Assembly (NCBI GenBank): GCA_951406725.2
Contig: OX597827.1
Span: 21,700,001-21,764,000, forward strand
DNA from: Octopus vulgaris
Lineage: Eukaryota
DNA: 64,000 bases
Reading direction: 5' to 3'
Shown here: positions 57,523 to 64,000 of the stretch, one piece after another
Layout: the number at the start of each line of letters is the position of its first letter
Position numbering within the stretch: position 1 is the first letter of the stretch
Position numbers and translations under genes: made by a program
Notes under the pieces: generated by a model
The model's input: the letters and a program-made list of their open reading frames with translations, nothing else
Database searches by the model: none
What the model was told of the DNA's origin: nothing

Positions 57523-60500
57523 CATATAAGAGGAATGACCACTAGGTGGACTCCTAATATGCTAAAAGTAAACCCCATATGGTCTAACCATAAAGAAAAA
57601 ATTGTTCTCAAGAAAATTCGGCAAACGCCAGAACGTAAAGCGAGCAAGACAAATGAAAAGATACAAAATATAATGAAAGAACTGTATGCGTGTTCTCTCT
57701 CGGGAGGACGTCTCGTGTATAGTTCTGCAAATTATATTTTTTATGACGGTTGCACTGAAGATTTGCAGACATATACGTATGTAAATGGTAACAATGAAAC
57801 TAAGATATGTAACTAATCATTATATTTTGTATCTTTTCATTTGTCTTGCTCGCTTTACGTTCTGGCGTTTACTGAATTTTCTTGAGAACAATTTTTTCTT
57901 AGGGGTCAGACCATATGGGGTTTACTTTTAACATATTAGGACTCCACCTAGTGGTCATTCCTCTTATATGTGTATATTTCAACTCTAAATTTTATGAAGT
58001 AGTAGCATGGAGGCATGCACAATGCAGCATCCACCATTTGTTGGTGATTTCCTGCTATTTCTGTGGTGGGTAACACCTCTGCCTCAATCAGGTAGCCCTT
58101 GGGTCTGTTTGGGTGGTCACTGTTGGTGAGGTTTTTACAAGATTGCAGTGCAAATCCTACCTCCACCTCTTTTAGTTGCCTTTTATGATGAGCAGAGGAA
58201 ATGTTGGCTCTATTCCCCACACAGCACTAGAGTAACATGAAATGTTTTTCCCAAGAACACAACACACCACCCGGTCCAGGAATTGAACCCAGTCTAATAA
58301 TCCTAAGTGCAGCACCCTAACCACTAGACCACATGCCTTCTATGAAGATTGATAAAAATTGTTTAATCCTTTCATTACCAACCTGGCTGAAACTACCTCT
58401 GTCTCTGTAGTACAAATATCTTGTTTACATAAGTTGTGAATTAAAATCTTCCACCAAACCTTAGTCAGAATTTATGTTCCTAACACTAGCTGAATGATAA
58501 CTAAGTTATTTTACTAAATTCTTTGTTATATTTAAAATAATTGAAGGAAACACAGAGTATCTCAACAGAAATATGGTAACTAAAGGGTTAAAATATATAA
58601 TAGAGAAACAATTCTTAACCCTTTTGATACCAATCCAACTGAAACCAGCTCTGGCTCTGTAGTATAAATGCCTTGTTTTCAAAAGTTTTGAATTAAAATC
58701 TTCCAGCAAACCTTAGTCAGAATTTATGTTCCTAACACTAGCTTAATAATAACTAAGTTATTTTACTGAATTCTTTGTTATATTTAAAATCAATTGAAAG
58801 AAACAGAGAGCATCTCAACAGAAATACGGTAAGAAAAGGGTTAAAAGAGAGATTCAATAAAAAAAGCAACTTTGGCCTACTTCATTGTATGATGTACATT
58901 GCTGTGCAGCATGGTAAGCCTCATCAAGACGGTTCTGTCGGAGGTAGAAGTTGGCAAGGTATTTATAAGCTTGTGCCATTTCTTCACTTGCGTAGAAATT
59001 CTAAAACCAAAATATAAATTAACGGATTATATAAAATACTCATTTATTGCAACATTCAACTGTTTTAATAAAATCACAAAAAAAAACAAAAAAAAACGAA
59101 TAGTTTTAAAATATTCTTTCATAGAAAAGTAGCAAAAAATATTCCAAACCAACTTTTTGCTGTTGATTTTGTATATTTCTTTATATTTTAGAAACTCTGA
59201 TTGATAATTTCCAATTTTCTAATCAAATATAAAATATTAAGACCTCCCCTCCCCTGTTTCCCTCCATAGTACAAACTTTGTGTCTTAAAGTGATATAAAT
59301 TGCTTCCATCAAATTTCCATGTTGATAATATATATTTGCAAACACTGACTCAATCATCATCATCGTTTAACATCCGTCTCCCATGCTGGCACAAGTTGGA
59401 CAGTTTGAAAGAGCTGGTCAGCCAGGGACCAGCACCTGGCTGCAATTGTTTGTTTTGCCATGGTTTCTATGGCCGGATGCCTTTCCTAATGCCAATCACT
59501 TTACAAAGTGGACTGGGTACTTTTTACATGGCACCAACACCAGTACTTTTCATATAGCACCAGCACCAGTGCCAATAATGACAAAATTATTTTACTAAAT
59601 TCATCATCATCATCATTATCGTTTAACGTCTGCTTTCCATGCTGGCATGGGTTGGATGATTTGACTGAGGACTGGCAAACTGGATGGCTGCACCAGGCTA
59701 CAATCTTGATCTGGCAGAGTTTCTACAGCTGGATGCCCTTCCTAACGCCAACCACTCCGAGAGTGTAGTGGGTGCTTTTTATGTGCCATCGGCACGGGGC
59801 CCAGTCAGGCGGTACTGGCAATGACCGCGCTCGAATCTTTTTACACGTGCCACCGGCACAGGTGCCAGTGAAGCGATGTTGGTAACGATCACACTCGAAT
59901 GGTGCCCTTGTACATGCCACGGGTATGGAAGCCAGTTGGCTGCTCTGGCAACGATCATGCTCGGATGGTGCTCTTGCACCCTACTAGCACAGACATGAGT
60001 GCCAGTAAGGCGACCCAAAATTAAATGAAACAAAGGCGGCATATTCTAACAGAAATCTGGTAACAATTTCCTGTGACGAGTATCAAAGAGATCAAATTCA
60101 AACAGAAATCTAAGAACAATCAATAAAATAACTCACGTTCTGGTCCCCAATCCTGCGCAATGTGTTCTGTCTGTGAACCTGGTTGATGTACTGACTGTAG
60201 GCTGCGGCAGCTTGTTGTTCCTCGTTTAACCTCTCATACAGTCTGACATTTAAAGGAAATACATGAAAGGAAGAGAAATAATTGGAGATGTTCGTTAGCA
60301 GCTGGTAATTAGGACAAGAAAATTACAGAAAGCAATAAAGGAAGGTTCTATTAGAGTAGTGTTTCTCAACGTTTTTACCTGTGTAACCCTTAAAATAAAT
60401 TACATGTCTCGAGGAACCCCTTCACAAAATAAATTATATATCATATCATCATCATTTAGCGTCCGCTTTCCATGCTAGCATGGGTTGGACAGTTCAACTG

Positions 60501-62993
60501 GGGTCTGGGAAGCCAGAAGGCTGCACCAGGCCCAGTCTGATCTGGCAATGTTTCTACTGTTGGATGCCCTTCCTAACGCCAACCACTGCGTGAGTGTAGT
60601 GGGTGCTTTTTACGTGCCAGACGAGGCTGGCAAATGGCCATGATCGGATGGTGCTTTTTACGTGCCACCGACATGGACGCCTGTCGGGGTGGCGCTGGTA
60701 ATGGCCACATTCGGATGGTTCGCTTACATGCCACCGGCACTGGTATCACAGCTACAGTTTCCATTGATGTAAATCGATTTTGATTTTGATTTATCATATA
60801 TTTCTCATATTTTTTCATCGTAGTTCACATGATAAATATATATGGTTGTTATATATTTTGACAACATAATAGGTTAGAGAGGATGATGCCTATATAACGA
60901 TATTACAATATGTTGTGCATGTATAGTAATATTATGATCATGAAATTAGCATTAGCTCATCTCAGTCTTTCTCACGGAACCCCTAGGAACCTTTTGCGGA
61001 ACCCTGGTTGAGAAACGCTGCATTAGAGACTGATAATGAAATATTTCAACAAGAAATAAATAGAATTAAACTGTCCTTCCCTCTCCACTCATTCCACTGC
61101 ATAATTAAAAGAGAAAGTCTTTGAAAGACATGTCCATTTGCATTGCTAATTGGAGTAAGACAGCATTAAATATATCTAGATAAACAATTTATAATCCTTA
61201 AAATCTCCCAAATTCAGCATAAAACCAACAGTAATTCCAACGATAATAATTTTAAATGTAAAACATAAAAATATTTACAAAATTTCCAGTTGAATGACCC
61301 CCCACCCCTGCTACCTCCTCTGAAAATATTTCCTTCAGTCAGACAAATTAGAGCAAGTAGAGTTAAGTGCCTTGCTTAAAGTCCCGACACAATGACAGTG
61401 ATAAGATTTGAACTCGTGATCCTGCGCTCTTCCATGACTTCTACAAACACTGGACCTGAAACTAAACATTACCTTGCAAGTCTCATCAGAGCAATTCCTT
61501 CCACATCACCAACGCTGTGTGCTTTCCAATAACATTTCTTTGCTTCCTGTAAGCGTTCTAGCTTTTCGTAGCCATCACCAAGGGCAACTAACATACGGGA
61601 ATCGTTAGGTCTGCAAGGAGAAGATTTCATCTCGTTAACAAATATAAATAATTGATAAAGATGTAACATTGCAATGATAGACAACAAGTTTAGAGCAAGG
61701 TGTGGCGTGATTGTTGTTGAAGTGAAGAATTAAATAGGTGCAGGTGTGGTCTCCAGTAAGCCGTTTGCATCGCAGCCCCAGGGTTCTGGGTTCAGTCCCA
61801 CTGTGTGACATCTTGCTCAAGTGTCTTCCACTATAGCCTTGGGAGTGGATTTGGTAGATGGAAACCGAAAGAAGCCAGTCATGTGTGTGTGTGTGTGTGT
61901 GTGTTTGTGTGTGTATCCCTCACTGCTGCATGACAACCAGTGTTGGTGTGTTTACAACCCTGTAACTTAACAGTTCAGCAAAATAGACTGACAGAATAAG
62001 AACCAGGCTTTATAAAAAGAAAATAAGTACTGGATTGATTAGTTTGACTAAAATTCTCCAAGGTGGTGCTCCAGCATGGCCACAGTCTAATGACTGAAAC
62101 AAGTAAAAAGATAAAAGATATCGTTGCTATTATGCAAAAGTGTTGTAAGTACAAAATGTTGCTTTTTCAGAAAACAAAAATATAATTTCACCATTCCATA
62201 GCAAGACCATTGTCCAACACTTTGACAATTTTTGACATCTGAAGCAGTTGGAGATACGACAGTTTGACCAAAATAACTGGCTATTGCAAGCAAAAATAAA
62301 TATTGGGAAAAATGCATTTGTTAAAAATTTTGGACATACGACAGTTTAATATAATAGCAACAAATATATTCATTTGTAAAAAATTTTTATTGAATTAATT
62401 TTTGTTGCATTTTTGAAAAAGTAATTCAAATAAAATTATTTATGTCAAACAAACAGAAACACACGTCTGAAAGCAGACGGGGACCATCAGTGGTTTACTC
62501 AACTTGTGTTGGGTTGTTAAATACAAGGATTCCAAAATATATCATCATCATTTTACATCTACTTTCATGCGGGCATGGGTTAGATGAGTCACCAACAGTC
62601 CAAGTCAGTTCTTATTGAGAGCCGTTTGCTTCTCCCAATAAGACCAGGTGCTTCTATGCATCCTTTAGGTTGGTTTCTATGGCTGAATGCCCTTCCTATC
62701 ACCAACCATTCTAAAGAGTGTACTGGACGCATATTCCCATGGCACCGACCCTAGCGCTGTAAATGAGGAGAGAAGTAGGAGTGGGAGCAAAAGGCCAAAA
62801 GTTGGGGGCAGATGGTGGGAGTAGAAGTGCTGTGAACAGTATGACCCGTAGGTCTTATTTATTTCAAGAAATAAGTTGACTTACCGAAGTTGTTGTGCTT
62901 TCCAATAGTAATACAGACTATAATAATGCATCTTCATGATCTCATAGGTCTGGCCAAGTCCATACCAAGCTCTGAAGTCTCGACTGTTTACTT
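57034..62993 (-). CDS. CDC23: Cell division cycle 23 / APC8 (TPR subunit of APC/C); last 5 exons, 5' part beyond the window
   Basis: Exons 62993-62885, 61610-61473, 60242-60137, 59000-58881, 57210-57034 in frame: RDFRAWYGLGQTYEI, RPNDSRMLVALG, EAKKCYWKA, EEGKALLRQI. Confidence 0.95.
57524..57970. mobile_element. Foldback MITE with about 150-bp TIRs in TA repeat, in the last CDC23 intron
   Basis: 57524-57676 is the near-perfect reverse complement of 57817-57970. Confidence 0.85.
58363..58844. mobile_element. Two tandem piggyBac-type MITEs (about 58363-58591 and 58616-58844)
   Basis: Direct repeats of about 225 bp, each TTAA(C/T)CCTTT...AAGGGTTAA. Confidence 0.75.
58881..59000 (-). CDS. CDC23: CDC23 exon (AYKYLANFYL...AQQCTSYNE)
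   Basis: ttttag / gtaggc; phase 0-0. Confidence 0.9.
60137..60242 (-). CDS. CDC23: CDC23 exon (LYERLNEEQQAAAAYSQYI)
   Basis: tgtcag / gtgagt; phase 2-0. Confidence 0.9.
60357..61020. mobile_element. hAT (Charlie-like) MITE containing an RTE 3' fragment
   Basis: TIR (T/C)AG(T/C)GTTTCTCAAC; 8-bp TSD TATTAGAG/CATTAGAG. Confidence 0.7.
61473..61610 (-). CDS. CDC23: CDC23 exon (PNDSRMLVALG...ALMRLA)
   Basis: ttgcag / gtaatg; phase 2-2. Confidence 0.95.
62885..62993 (-). CDS. CDC23: CDC23 exon (VNSRDFRAWYGLGQTYEIMKMHYY)
   Basis: gtccag / gtaagt; phase 1-2. Confidence 0.95.
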
Positions 62994-64000
62994 CTGGACG
63001 ACACAGAATAGAAGAAATAATTACCATTTATAAATAGTCTCAAACAAAATTATTTAGAAATTCAATTCTTCTTCTAAACTTCAGGACTAAAATATTTGAT
63101 GATAGAATCAAACATGAAATGGAATGAAGTCCACAACCAAACAATAAACACTGTTTATTAGACAGGCTTCTCTACAGTTTCTGTCTAAAGAATTTCAGTG
63201 ACAAGGAATGGGACAAGCAGAAGACATGTATTGTAGAACCCTGTAATTGCGAAGTAAACCAAGTCACATTGTGTACCAATTCTTATTAAGACTGACGGAA
63301 AAATTTCTTGGAGTTTTGTAAATGTGTTTGATTATGAGATTCTATGGTATTGTTTAGCGTGAGATCAGGCCTGACTGAGCAGAGCTACGATAGAAGGCAT
63401 TCCAGCCATGACCATATCACTAGTTCTTCTGACATCTGTGACTGCATTATTCAATGTCTGCTTCAGTTTCTCAGACAGCAAAGGAGTAAAGACGGAGATG
63501 CCCTGCATGGGTGCATATACAGGTTACCTCTGTTATACACGTGTTCTGAATGCATTGTGTATATGTTATTGATACATTGGTGCAGGAGTGGCTTTGTGGT
63601 AAGTAGCTTGCTTACCAACCACATGGTTCCGGGTTCAATCCCACTGCGTGGCATCTTGGGCAAGTGTCTTCTACAATAGCCTCGGGCCGACCAAAGCCTT
63701 GTGAGTAGATTTGGTAGACGGAAACTGAAAGAAGCCCATCGTGTATATGTATATGTATGTATATATGTGTGTCTATGTTTGTCCCCCCCAACATTGCTTG
63801 ACAACCGATGCTGGTGTGTTTACATCACCATAACTTCGCAGTTCGGCAAAAGAGACCAATAGAATAAGTACTAGGCTTACAAAGAATTTGCTCGACTAAA
63901 GGCGATGCTCCAGCATGGCCACAGTCAAATGACTGAAACAAGTAAAACAGTTGTATGTTGCATATATGTCATGTGATACGTATAGCTTCATTTCATGCAA

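Overview
AT-rich, repeat-dense eukaryotic DNA. It is most likely a coleoid cephalopod (Octopus-like); this is inferred from the SINE/LINE types and a mollusc-type nad5 NUMT. Three spliced genes were reconstructed by hand with GT-AG boundaries and consistent phases: (1) the last 8 exons of a CYP3-clan cytochrome P450 on + (737-21527); (2) a complete 8-exon C2orf42 homologue on - (47736-30428, about 589 aa); (3) the last 5 exons of CDC23/APC8 on - (62993-57034). Introns and intergenic DNA hold tRNA-derived SINEs, RTE/CR1/Hero/R4-type LINE fragments, Helitrons, Merlin-, mariner-, hAT- and piggyBac-type elements, a solo LTR and microsatellites. Highlights: a duplicated mitochondrial nad5 NUMT (one copy nested MITE>NUMT>piggyBac, the other running up to a splice acceptor); several Penelope-associated minimal hammerhead ribozyme motifs, one downstream of a tRNA-like Pol III promoter in a large foldback; an RTE LINE with a PHD finger inside its RT; and an inverted MITE pair around three phase-1 exons that would give a stop-free 378-nt circRNA. 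Most ORFs in the supplied track are microsatellite or repeat artefacts. Family names are from recalled motifs, not database searches, and repeat boundaries without TSDs are approximate.
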